From: an uncultured Gammaproteobacteria bacterium
GTDB lineage: Bacteria; Patescibacteriota; Microgenomatia; UBA8517
Assembly (NCBI GenBank): GCA_964599625.1
Contig: CAZRGC010000004.1
Location: 139,705-203,704 of the forward strand
Reading direction: 5' to 3'
Length of the DNA stretch: 64,000 bases
Positions 9,665-18,742 of the stretch are shown here, one piece after another (within the stretch, counting starts at the first letter, position 1; each line of letters begins with the position of its first letter). The translations under genes and the position numbers were made by a program. Below the pieces are notes generated by a model, which ran no database searches, was not told the DNA's origin, and saw nothing but the letters and a program-made list of their open reading frames with translations.

Positions 9665-11153
9665 TAAAGATATTATTCAAGTGGAAAAAATGGATAAAAA
9701 TGTTTGTCTAACAATTGACCTTGAATCAGATTATGCGGGATTTGGGAAGTATTATTATCACTGTTGGGAAGAAAATAAAATCAAATCATTATTAAAAGTC
9801 TTAAAAAAATACAACGCTCCACTAACAATATTTGTAGTTGCCAATACCCTAAAAAAGCATAAAAAAATTATCTCACTATTCCAAAAGGCCGGATGTGAAT
9901 TTCACCTTCATTCCTATTCTCATGATATCAAGAACTCAGACAGTCTGGATCAGATAATGCGAGGACAAAAGGAATTTAGAAATCAACTTGGATACAATCC
10001 CTCCGGATACAGGGCGCCAATGGGCTATATTACTCCTGAAGGTCTAGCTAACCTAAAAAAACTTGGATTTGAGTTCGATTCCAGTGTGTTTCCGTCTTTT
10101 TGGCCTAAAATTTCTTTTTTTACAAAACCCAACTATTCGTATATAGACAAGGATTCGGGAATTTTGGAACTTCCAATTTCGACAATCTCGCCGATGAGAT
10201 TTTTGATAACTTTAAGTTGGTTAAAACTCTTGGGGTGGAAATTTTACAAGTTCGTACTAGAAAATTTTAAAATGCGTAACATTGTTGTTTTTGGTTTTCA
10301 TCTTCACGATGTTTGGGAGTCTCCGGCAAAAGAAATGCTCCCTGTTTCTTGGAAAATAAGGTACCTAAACAATTCGGGAATGGGACTTACTTATTTAGAA
10401 AAATTTATAAAATTTGCAAAGAAAAACAATTACAACTTCTGTTATTTGAGTGACGTTGCGAAAAAAGAAAAACTGGCCTCCAGAAAAAAAGAGCTTTTCT
10501 ACAACACCGATCACACTTCGCTAAAAACATGGATTACCAAAATCGAAACATCCAAACGCGTGAAATATATATTTAATGAATTACTAAAAAAATCTGAAAT
10601 TCGCGGAAAGACTTTTTTGGAAGTGGGTATCGGCTTTGGGGATGTATCTCAACGCGCGACAGACTTGGGCGCAAAAATTACAGGTGTGGATATTGGTGCA
10701 AAATTTGTTGCTTTGGCAAAACGTAAAATGAAAAAAGGTCATTTTTTACTGGCTTCGACAGAAATACTACCTTTTAAGGATAATTCATTTGATATTGTGG
10801 TCTGTAGTCAAGTCCTGCGCCACGTAGCTAGGCCACATGAGGCGATTTCTGAAATGCTAAGAGTTGTAAAACCCGGTGGAACCATAATAATAACAGCACC
10901 TAATAAACTTTTCATGCCTCTGGGGATGCTTATGAGTAAGATTCAGAAATACAAAGGCTATGAGAACTGGTTTTACCCCGCCGAAATCGGTCGTTTGTTT
11001 ACCAAAAATGGTGGAAAAGTAGTTGCACAAAGATATTTCCATCCATTTTCGGATAACTTTATACTGAAGTTTCTCGAAGGCTCCAAATATTTTATGAGTA
11101 TTTTGCCCGATTTTGCTTTAAAAATTAAAAAAATACACAAAAGCGACGAATGA
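9648..11153 (+). CDS. fusion protein: NodB-type polysaccharide deacetylase + class I SAM-dependent methyltransferase
   Basis: N-terminal HLHSYSHD His motif of polysaccharide deacetylases. C-terminal LEVGIGFGDVS (motif I GxGxG) and VVKPGGTIIITAPN (motif post-I/II) of SAM methyltransferases. Confidence 0.7.
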   Translation: MRCKCNKDIIQVEKMDKNVCLTIDLESDYAGFGKYYYHCWEENKIKSLLKVLKKYNAPLTIFVVANTLKKHKKIISLFQKAGCEFHLHSYSHDIKNSDSLDQIMRGQKEFRNQLGYNPSGYRAPMGYITPEGLANLKKLGFEFDSSVFPSFWPKISFFTKPNYSYIDKDSGILELPISTISPMRFLITLSWLKLLGWKFYKFVLENFKMRNIVVFGFHLHDVWESPAKEMLPVSWKIRYLNNSGMGLTYLEKFIKFAKKNNYNFCYLSDVAKKEKLASRKKELFYNTDHTSLKTWITKIETSKRVKYIFNELLKKSEIRGKTFLEVGIGFGDVSQRATDLGAKITGVDIGAKFVALAKRKMKKGHFLLASTEILPFKDNSFDIVVCSQVLRHVARPHEAISEMLRVVKPGGTIIITAPNKLFMPLGMLMSKIQKYKGYENWFYPAEIGRLFTKNGGKVVAQRYFHPFSDNFILKFLEGSKYFMSILPDFALKIKKIHKSDE

Positions 11154-12181
11154 AGCAAAAATTCATAGGTATTGGCCTGCTTATTGTTTCTAGTGTTTTT
11201 TCTGTTGTCGTTTTGGATATGACAATAGGCAAATTTATGGTAAATAAGCTTCTTGGACACTCCTGGTTAAATTGGAGAAACAATGAAGACAATTTTAGTA
11301 ACACAGGTTGTTATAAGTTGTCTCCAACTTTGGGGTTTGAGCCTGTGTGGGGAAGTTGCAACTACCCAGGTTTGGGTTTTATAAATAACCTAGTTGGCGA
11401 CAAAGAGGTTTTGGGAGTTAATTCAGGGCAAAAAAATATATTGATTATCGGAGACTCAAATACTGCCCGGTCAGGATATGCGCCCGAGCTTGAGAATCGG
11501 CTTAACAGTTATTTATCCCAAAACGGTTTCAGGGTCAAGATAACCAAAGTGGGTGTAGAGTCTTACAACACAAAACAAGAGGTTGGTCTCCTTAAAGAAA
11601 GCTTATACAAGTTGTCACCTGACTTATTGGTTTTGCAGTTTACCGAAAACGATTTTGACTTTTCTCCCGTTGCCGTAAAAGTTGATGAAAAAATTGTATA
11701 TTTTTCTTCTCAGGGAGAAAAATCTGAAGAAAAAAACCCTTTTTTATTTAAAAACAGTAACCTTTACAGACTTTTTACTCTCAGAAATTTATTAATTGAC
11801 AAGACTGATATTCCGCCCGGAAAGATTAGCAATCAAAGATTTTGGGACAATCATTTTTGGGACGCAAAGGTAGAGAATATGGACAAGACTATGGGCGAAC
11901 TAAAATCGTTTGTTGATGACAATCATATTAATATAGTTTTTTTGGTATATCCCAAATTTGACATGGGCCCTCCAACCAGAGAAGCAAAATCCATGCTTGA
12001 TATTCTAGACAAATACCAGATTCCATATTTGGACCTGCGTTTGTACACAGAACCTTTTGGGGGCCCCTACAGTTTCCATAGCAGCTTTGAAGATGGAAGC
12101 AATGATTCCGTACACCCACAAAGAAATTTTGATACAATTGTCTCTGAAGTTTTGTTTGGCTATATATCGAAAAATTTATAG
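11150..12181 (+). CDS. SGNH/GDSL hydrolase with N-terminal TM anchor
   Basis: Block I ILIIGDSNTARSG and block V DSVHP. Confidence 0.65.
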   Translation: MKQKFIGIGLLIVSSVFSVVVLDMTIGKFMVNKLLGHSWLNWRNNEDNFSNTGCYKLSPTLGFEPVWGSCNYPGLGFINNLVGDKEVLGVNSGQKNILIIGDSNTARSGYAPELENRLNSYLSQNGFRVKITKVGVESYNTKQEVGLLKESLYKLSPDLLVLQFTENDFDFSPVAVKVDEKIVYFSSQGEKSEEKNPFLFKNSNLYRLFTLRNLLIDKTDIPPGKISNQRFWDNHFWDAKVENMDKTMGELKSFVDDNHINIVFLVYPKFDMGPPTREAKSMLDILDKYQIPYLDLRLYTEPFGGPYSFHSSFEDGSNDSVHPQRNFDTIVSEVLFGYISKNL

Positions 12182-12185
12182 GATA

Positions 12186-12338
12186 ATGTTTTCATCGATT
12201 AAGCAATTGTTGATTCTTTTAAAAAGCTCGAAAAAATACTGGTTGGCTCCCGTGGTTATTGCAATTTTGGTCGGCGCCATCCTGGTTGTAGTAGCCGAAG
12301 TTTCACCTGTCCCACTATTTATCTATCCTTTAATATGA
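12186..12338 (+). CDS. small membrane protein (50 aa), SxtK/DUF5989-like by context
   Basis: MFSSIKQLLILLKSSKKYWLAPVVIAILVGAILVVVA..., single TM. The track ORF 12057-12338 is trimmed to this ATG because the upstream part overlaps the SGNH gene. Confidence 0.4.
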   Translation: MFSSIKQLLILLKSSKKYWLAPVVIAILVGAILVVVAEVSPVPLFIYPLI

Positions 12339-12532
12339 AAAATGTTGTAAAAAGAGTCAATCGTGCGATCTCAACTTTTGTACTTGTTACCGTTTACCTT
12401 TTTGTTGTAGGTCTTATTCATTTTTTCTACAAAATCTATATCTCAACAACAGGAAAAAATAAAAAAACTGAGTGGAAGACGACCGAATTACTCTCTGATG
12501 TAACCTGGGAAAGCCTGAGTTCTCCTTACTGA
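12335..12532 (+). CDS. small membrane protein (65 aa)
   Basis: Single hydrophobic segment; translationally coupled (overlapping stop/start) with both flanking genes and directly upstream of the carbamoyltransferase. Confidence 0.4.
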   Translation: MKNVVKRVNRAISTFVLVTVYLFVVGLIHFFYKIYISTTGKNKKTEWKTTELLSDVTWESLSSPY

Positions 12533-12533
12533 G

Positions 12534-14225
12534 ATGTACATTTTAGGTATTTCTGCATATTACCACGACAGCGCTGCTGTATTGGTTAAAGATGGTGTTC
12601 CTGTGTGCGGGTTTGAGGAAGAGCGTTTTACCAGGATAAAACACGATAACACATTCCCCGCAAATGCAATTCAGGCGTGTCTTAAAAAAGAAAAGATAAG
12701 CATAAATAACATAGATTTTGTAGCGTATTACGAAAAACCCCTTCTTAAATTTGAACGAATTGTAGAAAACTTTGTTCGTACATATCCATATTCTTTAAGT
12801 AATTTTATAACAGCCTTACCTGAGTGGCTTGGGGAGAAAATTAATGTGGAAAATAACATAAGATCAATTACCGGTTACAAAGGAGATATAAAGTATGTTC
12901 CCCACCACCTGTCACACGCATCCTCTGGCTTTTATACCTCTCCTTACAAGAAATCGGCGGTATTGACTGTTGACGGCATAGGTGAATATGAGACTACAGT
13001 TCTTTGGCTTGGGTCCGAAAAAGGTTTTACCAAAATAAAGTATTTAGATTTTCCCGATTCATTAGGATTACTATATTCGACATTTACATCCTTTCTGGGC
13101 TTCAAGGTTAATAGTGACGAATATAAAATGATGGGGCTTTCGGCTTATGGGAAGCCAAAATATAAAAAGAAAATTCTAAAAATTATAAAGGTGGGAGGTA
13201 ACGGAAGTTTCTCGTTAGATATGAGCTTTTTTGAGTTTCATAAAAGCACTACCATGTGGAGCCGTAAATTTGAAAAGCTTTTTGGTAGTCCGAGACAGTA
13301 CGGCACAAAAATTGCGCAAAAGCACAGAGATTTGGCCGCCAGCATACAATCTGTAACTGAGGATATTTACTTTATGATTCTCAACCACCTGCAAGAAATC
13401 ACAGGTGAAACAAATTTATGTATCAGTGGAGGTGTAGCCCTTAATTCTTTGGCAAACGGGAAGATTTTTGAAAGAACTAAATTCAAAAACATACACAACC
13501 TGGGTTGCGCGGGAGATAGTGGGGGCGCAATTGGCGCAGCTCTGTACGTTTACTATTTATCAACACAAAATAGAAAAAGCTACCCCAAAGCTTTCTCGTT
13601 GGCTCTGGGTAACGAGTATGGGGACGTTGAGGTAGAAAGTATTTTGAGAGAAAGGGGTTCCAAATATGTAAGTTATCGTTCAGAAAAAGAATTATTGCGT
13701 TTTGTGGCTAATAAGTTGGCTCAAGATAAAATAGTCGGTTGGTTTAATGGCTCAATGGAGTTTGGGCCTAGAGCCTTGGGGAAAAGATCTATTTTGGCAA
13801 ACCCGAGAATGAGGGCTATGAAAAAACTTATGAACAAGATTAAAAGACGTGAGGCATTCAGACCTTTTGCGGGATCGGTCCTCGAAGAAAAGGTTTTTGA
13901 TATGTTTAAGATACCTGATACACAAACAAACTTTTCTTATATGAATTTTTGTTTCAAGACAAAAAAAGAATTTGCAAACAAGATTTCGGCCATTGTTCAC
14001 AAAGACGGCACTTGTCGGATACAAACAGTTGGAAAACAGGATGGAATTTATTACAGATTAATTAATGAATTTTGTAGAAATACTGGTATTCCATGCTTGT
14101 TAAACACAAGCTTTAACGTTAATAATGAGCCAATAGTGGAAAGTCCTTTGCAAGCCATAAACGACTTTGAGAACAATCCGTTTGACTATTTGGTTATAAA
14201 TAGGTTTATTATGTCTAAAAAATGA
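12534..14225 (+). CDS. carbamoyltransferase (NodU/CmcH family)
   Basis: N-terminus MYILGISAYYHDSAAVLVKDG and HHLSHAASGF are hallmarks of the NodU/CmcH/HypF-like carbamoyltransferase family. Confidence 0.9.
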   Translation: MYILGISAYYHDSAAVLVKDGVPVCGFEEERFTRIKHDNTFPANAIQACLKKEKISINNIDFVAYYEKPLLKFERIVENFVRTYPYSLSNFITALPEWLGEKINVENNIRSITGYKGDIKYVPHHLSHASSGFYTSPYKKSAVLTVDGIGEYETTVLWLGSEKGFTKIKYLDFPDSLGLLYSTFTSFLGFKVNSDEYKMMGLSAYGKPKYKKKILKIIKVGGNGSFSLDMSFFEFHKSTTMWSRKFEKLFGSPRQYGTKIAQKHRDLAASIQSVTEDIYFMILNHLQEITGETNLCISGGVALNSLANGKIFERTKFKNIHNLGCAGDSGGAIGAALYVYYLSTQNRKSYPKAFSLALGNEYGDVEVESILRERGSKYVSYRSEKELLRFVANKLAQDKIVGWFNGSMEFGPRALGKRSILANPRMRAMKKLMNKIKRREAFRPFAGSVLEEKVFDMFKIPDTQTNFSYMNFCFKTKKEFANKISAIVHKDGTCRIQTVGKQDGIYYRLINEFCRNTGIPCLLNTSFNVNNEPIVESPLQAINDFENNPFDYLVINRFIMSKK

Positions 14226-14836
14226 AAAAGAGTTACTACCATGATTCACTAACGAAAAGGTTGTTGGACTTAACTGTGTCGTTGGCTTTGCTTATATTTT
14301 TTTTGCCATTTCTGTTGGTTATTGCTGTTTTGTTAATGTTGACTCAGGGGCCGCCACTTTTTTTTATCCAAAACAGGACTGGAAAAGATGGAAAGGTTTT
14401 TAAAATGATCAAGTTCAGATCAATGATTCCCAACGCCGACAAAATGAAAAACAAACTCGCTTCATTAAATGAGTCTGACGGACCTGTTTTTAAGATCAAA
14501 AACGACCCTAGATTTACCTTTGTAGGAAAGTGGCTGTCGGGGTCGGGTTTAGACGAACTCCCACAGATATTTAATGTTCTAAAAGGAGATATGAGTATAG
14601 TTGGCCCTCGTCCGCTACCTGTTTACGAAGAAAAAAGACTCAAAAGAACACACCGTCAAAGAAACCTGATAAGACCAGGAATTACAAGCGGATGGGTTGT
14701 GAATGGTTCTCATTCACTTAGTTTTTCAAAATGGATGAGGCTGGATATTGAATATATTAAAAACGGCAATTTTTCTACAGATATATTTATCATTATTAAA
14801 ACAACCATTTTTATGTTGAGTAAATATTGGCAGTGA
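14222..14836 (+). CDS. undecaprenyl-phosphate sugar phosphotransferase (WbaP/ExoY-type bacterial sugar transferase)
   Basis: KRLLDLTVSLALLIFFLPFLLV...FKMIKFRSM...DELPQIFNVLKGDMSIVGPRP, the classic PF02397 signature. Confidence 0.9.
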   Translation: MKKSYYHDSLTKRLLDLTVSLALLIFFLPFLLVIAVLLMLTQGPPLFFIQNRTGKDGKVFKMIKFRSMIPNADKMKNKLASLNESDGPVFKIKNDPRFTFVGKWLSGSGLDELPQIFNVLKGDMSIVGPRPLPVYEEKRLKRTHRQRNLIRPGITSGWVVNGSHSLSFSKWMRLDIEYIKNGNFSTDIFIIIKTTIFMLSKYWQ

Positions 14837-14863
14837 CCCCCAAAAAAAACGCTTTAATAACTT

Positions 14864-16156
14864 ATGGTTACCAAAAAGTTAATATTTTTAGCTTTAATTC
14901 TGATTTTGACAGGTATAATTCTGGTATCTTATATATCAAAATTGCAATCCGTACCGTTTTTTGTAGACGAGTATCATTTTTTACGAAAAGCTTATTACTT
15001 CAATCTTTTTTTTGTTGACAATGACAGATCGAATGCAAAATTCTACACTGAGTTTGAGGCCGCACAACCCAAAATTGGAATATACATATATGGTGCCACT
15101 TTGTATTTATATGGCGTCAAAGACGTAAACACATTCCTGAGCAGATTTGAAATAAAAAGTTGGCCAAAAAGTGTTGGTCCGCTGATGACAAGTTTTGGCG
15201 GTACAAAGTTGTCCAACTTTCCGAGTCACATGAATGACTTTGTGAAAGTTATCTTTAACCAAAGGAAAGTTTCTCTTTTTTTTACCTTCTTGTCATTTGT
15301 GTTGATTTTTTTAATTTGCAGTAAGGTGATGGGTTATCTGTATGCCTTTTTGACAACATATTTGGTAAGTTCGAACACACTTGTAGTTTATACAAATTCG
15401 GTAGCAACTACAGATTCGATGTTAATGTTTTTTACGTTCTTATGTTTTTTTGTCACTATTAAGTTAACAGAGGCGCTTAAGAACAATTCAAAAAAAATAT
15501 ACCAATATTCTTTTCTGTTGGGGATTTGCATGGCTTTTGCAGCGGGTGTAAAGGTGACTGGCATTGTTATAGTTTTTTACGCATTATGTTTTCTTGCCGT
15601 TTCTATATGGTCTTCATGGAACGATATAGTAAAACGCGCAGCCATCTTAAAGGGTCTTTTAGTTACAATTGTTAGCTTCTTCGTAGTATTTGTTTATTTT
15701 CACCCCTTTTTGTACAAAGAAACTTTGGAAAATTTTATACTAATGTTCGTCGGACGATATAAAGGTATTGCCGACGCACAACTCCAAAATACCGTCGCAG
15801 ATGTTCCCACACGTGTTCAAGCTTTAAAACTAATTTTAAAGGAAACACTTTTGCCCGGTGGTTTATATACAAACTTTGAACTTGGATACGTGCCTATCGA
15901 TTTGGTGCTATTTTTGTTTGGAGCAACGTTATTAATCAAGAATTTATTTCAAAAGTATAAATTTTTTGGCCAACCACCTCTTGAGGCGATGGTCTTAATT
16001 TTGTTTTTGCTGACATTGTCAGCACTTGTTATGTATTTGAAGGTCAACTGGCCACGTTACTTTATGCAGACCGAAATATTAATATCGATGGTTCAGTGTT
16101 ATGGGTTGGCAATTTTTTTGGCATGGTACAGAAAGTTGATGGTAAAATTATTTTGA
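14864..16156 (+). CDS. GT-C glycosyltransferase, PMT/ArnT-like (GT39/GT83-like)
   Basis: Multi-TM protein with an N-terminal-loop DE motif, FFVDEYHF (compare PMT VFDEVHF, ArnT DExRY). Confidence 0.55.
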   Translation: MVTKKLIFLALILILTGIILVSYISKLQSVPFFVDEYHFLRKAYYFNLFFVDNDRSNAKFYTEFEAAQPKIGIYIYGATLYLYGVKDVNTFLSRFEIKSWPKSVGPLMTSFGGTKLSNFPSHMNDFVKVIFNQRKVSLFFTFLSFVLIFLICSKVMGYLYAFLTTYLVSSNTLVVYTNSVATTDSMLMFFTFLCFFVTIKLTEALKNNSKKIYQYSFLLGICMAFAAGVKVTGIVIVFYALCFLAVSIWSSWNDIVKRAAILKGLLVTIVSFFVVFVYFHPFLYKETLENFILMFVGRYKGIADAQLQNTVADVPTRVQALKLILKETLLPGGLYTNFELGYVPIDLVLFLFGATLLIKNLFQKYKFFGQPPLEAMVLILFLLTLSALVMYLKVNWPRYFMQTEILISMVQCYGLAIFLAWYRKLMVKLF

Positions 16157-16208
16157 AGACTGTAGGAGGTGTTGTGTTGATTGTTTGTCTTACAGTTGTT
16201 AGACTGAA

Positions 16209-17108
16209 ATGATGACAAAGTATAACAGTAAAAATGAAAGTGGACAGGCTCTCGTTTTGGTACTCCTTTCGTTGGCGGTTGTTCTAACTCTTGTGCTTTT
16301 TGTACTGGCCAGGAGTGTTACAGATGTTGCAGTTTCATCGCGCTCCGAAGACGCTGTAAGGGCATTCTCTGCTGCAGAGGCCGGGGTGGAACAGGCATTG
16401 ATATTAGGCACAGGTGGAACTAGTCAGATTGGAAATGCAACATTTACAAGCACTGTTACCAACTTTGCTTCAGGTCAGCAGTCTTTGGTTTATCCTATCA
16501 CCCTGTCACCGGGCGAGACTTCGACACTTTGGTTTATGAATCATAGTGCTTCGGGTGCGCCTGTTTGTGACGCAACCCATCCATGTTTTACAGGTAGAAA
16601 CCTCCAAGTTTGTTGGGGGCGGGAGGGCACAAGCAGCTCCTCTTCTACCACACCTGCAATTGAGCTTACAATTGTGTACGAGACAACCCCTGGTAACCCT
16701 GCCACAGCAAGAATCGCTCGGGCCGCATTTGATCCTAACTCAGCAAGAACAGCCACAAACAACTTCGCTAGTTCGGATCCCGGGACTTGTACTATAAACG
16801 GTGAAGTTTTCGCATTTCAAAAGACGGTTGATCTATCTACTTTGGGGATTGGAGCAGGAACGTACAATACTGCTGGTGGTCTAAATTATGCAAGGACCAG
16901 AATTTTTTACAACTCTGATCAGAACCATGATGTTGGATTTAACGTTGCTTTGGTTGGTGGGTCTTCTCTTCCGACACAAGGCCTCCAAGTTGACTCAAGC
17001 GGCACTGCTGGACAAAGTCAAAGAAGATTGAACGTTTTTCAGAGTTGGGCAGAGATTCCGAGTGACTTTGATTTTGCAATTTACAGCCCGTCTGGAGTCA
17101 GTAAGTAG
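16209..17108 (+). CDS. type IV pilin-like protein, PilX N-terminal-domain type (minor pilin/pseudopilin)
   Basis: Short polar leader ending in G, followed by a hydrophobic helix QALVLVLLSLAVVLTLVLFVLA (PilX_N-like, no Glu5). The rest is Ser/Thr/Gly-rich. Noticeably higher GC than the upstream locus. Confidence 0.6.
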   Translation: MMTKYNSKNESGQALVLVLLSLAVVLTLVLFVLARSVTDVAVSSRSEDAVRAFSAAEAGVEQALILGTGGTSQIGNATFTSTVTNFASGQQSLVYPITLSPGETSTLWFMNHSASGAPVCDATHPCFTGRNLQVCWGREGTSSSSSTTPAIELTIVYETTPGNPATARIARAAFDPNSARTATNNFASSDPGTCTINGEVFAFQKTVDLSTLGIGAGTYNTAGGLNYARTRIFYNSDQNHDVGFNVALVGGSSLPTQGLQVDSSGTAGQSQRRLNVFQSWAEIPSDFDFAIYSPSGVSK

Positions 17109-17192
17109 AAATTTAACTATGCAGACTGGCCAAAAATTGATAGTATTAATTGAGCTGCCCTTCAAGCCGTATGGGCATTTGTTTATAAACAT

Positions 17193-18203
17193 ATGGTAGG
17201 AATAGATATTGGAAGTAAAACAATCAAAATAGTAGAGCTTCAAAAAGAAGGTAATGGTGTTACTTTGTCGGCGTCGGGTATTGTAGGCTATTCCGGTCAA
17301 TCTGTGGACAAAATGGTCGACGACAAGGAATTTGCTGTTTTGGGTGATGTCGTCAAGAAACTTCACTCGGAAGCTGGAGTGTCTTCGAAAGAAATTGTAA
17401 TCGCTCTTCCTGAACAACAAGTTTTTACAAGAACTATCAAGTTTCCACTTCTGACGGATGCGGAAATTGCAAGTGCAGTTAAGTGGGAATCGGAACAATA
17501 TATTCCTATTCCGGTTAACGAAGCCATAATCCAACACAGCATTCTGGCACGCAATGAAACTTCTACCCCACCCGAGGTGATTGTACTTTTGGTTGCCGCA
17601 CCTCGTGTTGTGATCGAAAAATATACGAAGGTTATTTCTGCTGCAGGACTTACAACCCAGGCTGTGGAGACCGAGTTGATAGCACTTACAAGATCGCTGG
17701 CCCCAGTTGACAAGACTGTTTTGCTTTTGGATTTGGGAGCTAACTCAACCGATATAGCAATAGCAAGAAACGGATTGCTTTCTTTTTCCCGTTCAATACC
17801 AATTGCTGGTGAAGCTTTTACCAGGGCTGTTTCTCAGGGTTTGGGCATCTCTGCCGTACAAGCTGAGGAATACAAAAAAACCTACGGATTAGAAACAAAA
17901 GAATTGGAAGGAAAAATAAAAGTATCTTTGGAGCCAGTGCTCAGAATGGTCGTTGATGAGGTAAAGAAAGCAATCAACTTTTATCAAACTGAAGAAAAAG
18001 GTGATGCACCAACTGCAGTGATACTTTCCGGTGGAAGTAGCGGAATGCCTCAGATGATTTCTACACTAAGCTCACTTTTGGGTTTGGAGGTTTTAGTTGC
18101 TAACCCCTTTTCGAAAATTGCTGTTGATCCGGAAACAGCTCAACGCCTTGCCCCTTATGCGCCCCTGTACTCGGTGGCTGCCGGGTTGGCAATGAGGGAA
18201 TAA
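17193..18203 (+). CDS. pilM: type IV pilus assembly protein PilM
   Basis: MVGIDIGSKTIKIVEL... actin-like ATPase fold typical of PilM; followed by pilN/pilO. Confidence 0.85.
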   Translation: MVGIDIGSKTIKIVELQKEGNGVTLSASGIVGYSGQSVDKMVDDKEFAVLGDVVKKLHSEAGVSSKEIVIALPEQQVFTRTIKFPLLTDAEIASAVKWESEQYIPIPVNEAIIQHSILARNETSTPPEVIVLLVAAPRVVIEKYTKVISAAGLTTQAVETELIALTRSLAPVDKTVLLLDLGANSTDIAIARNGLLSFSRSIPIAGEAFTRAVSQGLGISAVQAEEYKKTYGLETKELEGKIKVSLEPVLRMVVDEVKKAINFYQTEEKGDAPTAVILSGGSSGMPQMISTLSSLLGLEVLVANPFSKIAVDPETAQRLAPYAPLYSVAAGLAMRE

Positions 18204-18210
18204 TTTTGAT

Positions 18211-18738
18211 ATGGCTATTAAGATAAATTTATTGCCTCCAGAAGCCACTATCACTGGACCTGTGGCTCAATTGATGAAATTGGCAAGGATGTTAAACGTT
18301 GTTTTTCTCGCGATTTTTATAGTTGTAGGCTTTGGTTTGGGTATTTTTTTTGTAGTAAGCAGCCTACAACTGCAGGATTTGAATACTTCCAACAATAAGC
18401 TCAAAGGGCAAATAACAGCTCAGGAGACCAGTGAACAGCAACTTGTACTTCTGAAAGACAGGTTGGCCAAAATTCAAACAATTAAAAATCTTCCTGACAC
18501 TACAAAAAACATGGTTAAAGTAGATCCTTTTATTCGTGAACTTGTTGGCAACACCTCTTTAACAGAACTTGAAGTAGACGCTCAAAAAACTGACCTTTCG
18601 GTGCTTTTTAGAAGTAATTCCGATCTTACAAATTTTCTTAAAAGTATGTCAGAAAATGAAGTATATAAGTCCTCGATTTTGTCGTCATTTGGTTACAATC
18701 CGTCGAGCGGTTATTTGGTGAGTGTTCATTTGTTGTAA
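18211..18738 (+). CDS. pilN: type IV pilus assembly protein PilN
   Basis: MAIKINLLPPE start, single TM and coiled coil. Confidence 0.8.
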   Translation: MAIKINLLPPEATITGPVAQLMKLARMLNVVFLAIFIVVGFGLGIFFVVSSLQLQDLNTSNNKLKGQITAQETSEQQLVLLKDRLAKIQTIKNLPDTTKNMVKVDPFIRELVGNTSLTELEVDAQKTDLSVLFRSNSDLTNFLKSMSENEVYKSSILSSFGYNPSSGYLVSVHLL

Positions 18739-18742
18739 AAAT

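Noticed and set aside
12057-12185. N-terminal 43 codons of track ORF 12057-12338
   Set aside because: This part overlaps the 3' end of the SGNH hydrolase gene in another frame. The hydrophobic 50-aa product from ATG 12186 is the plausible gene.
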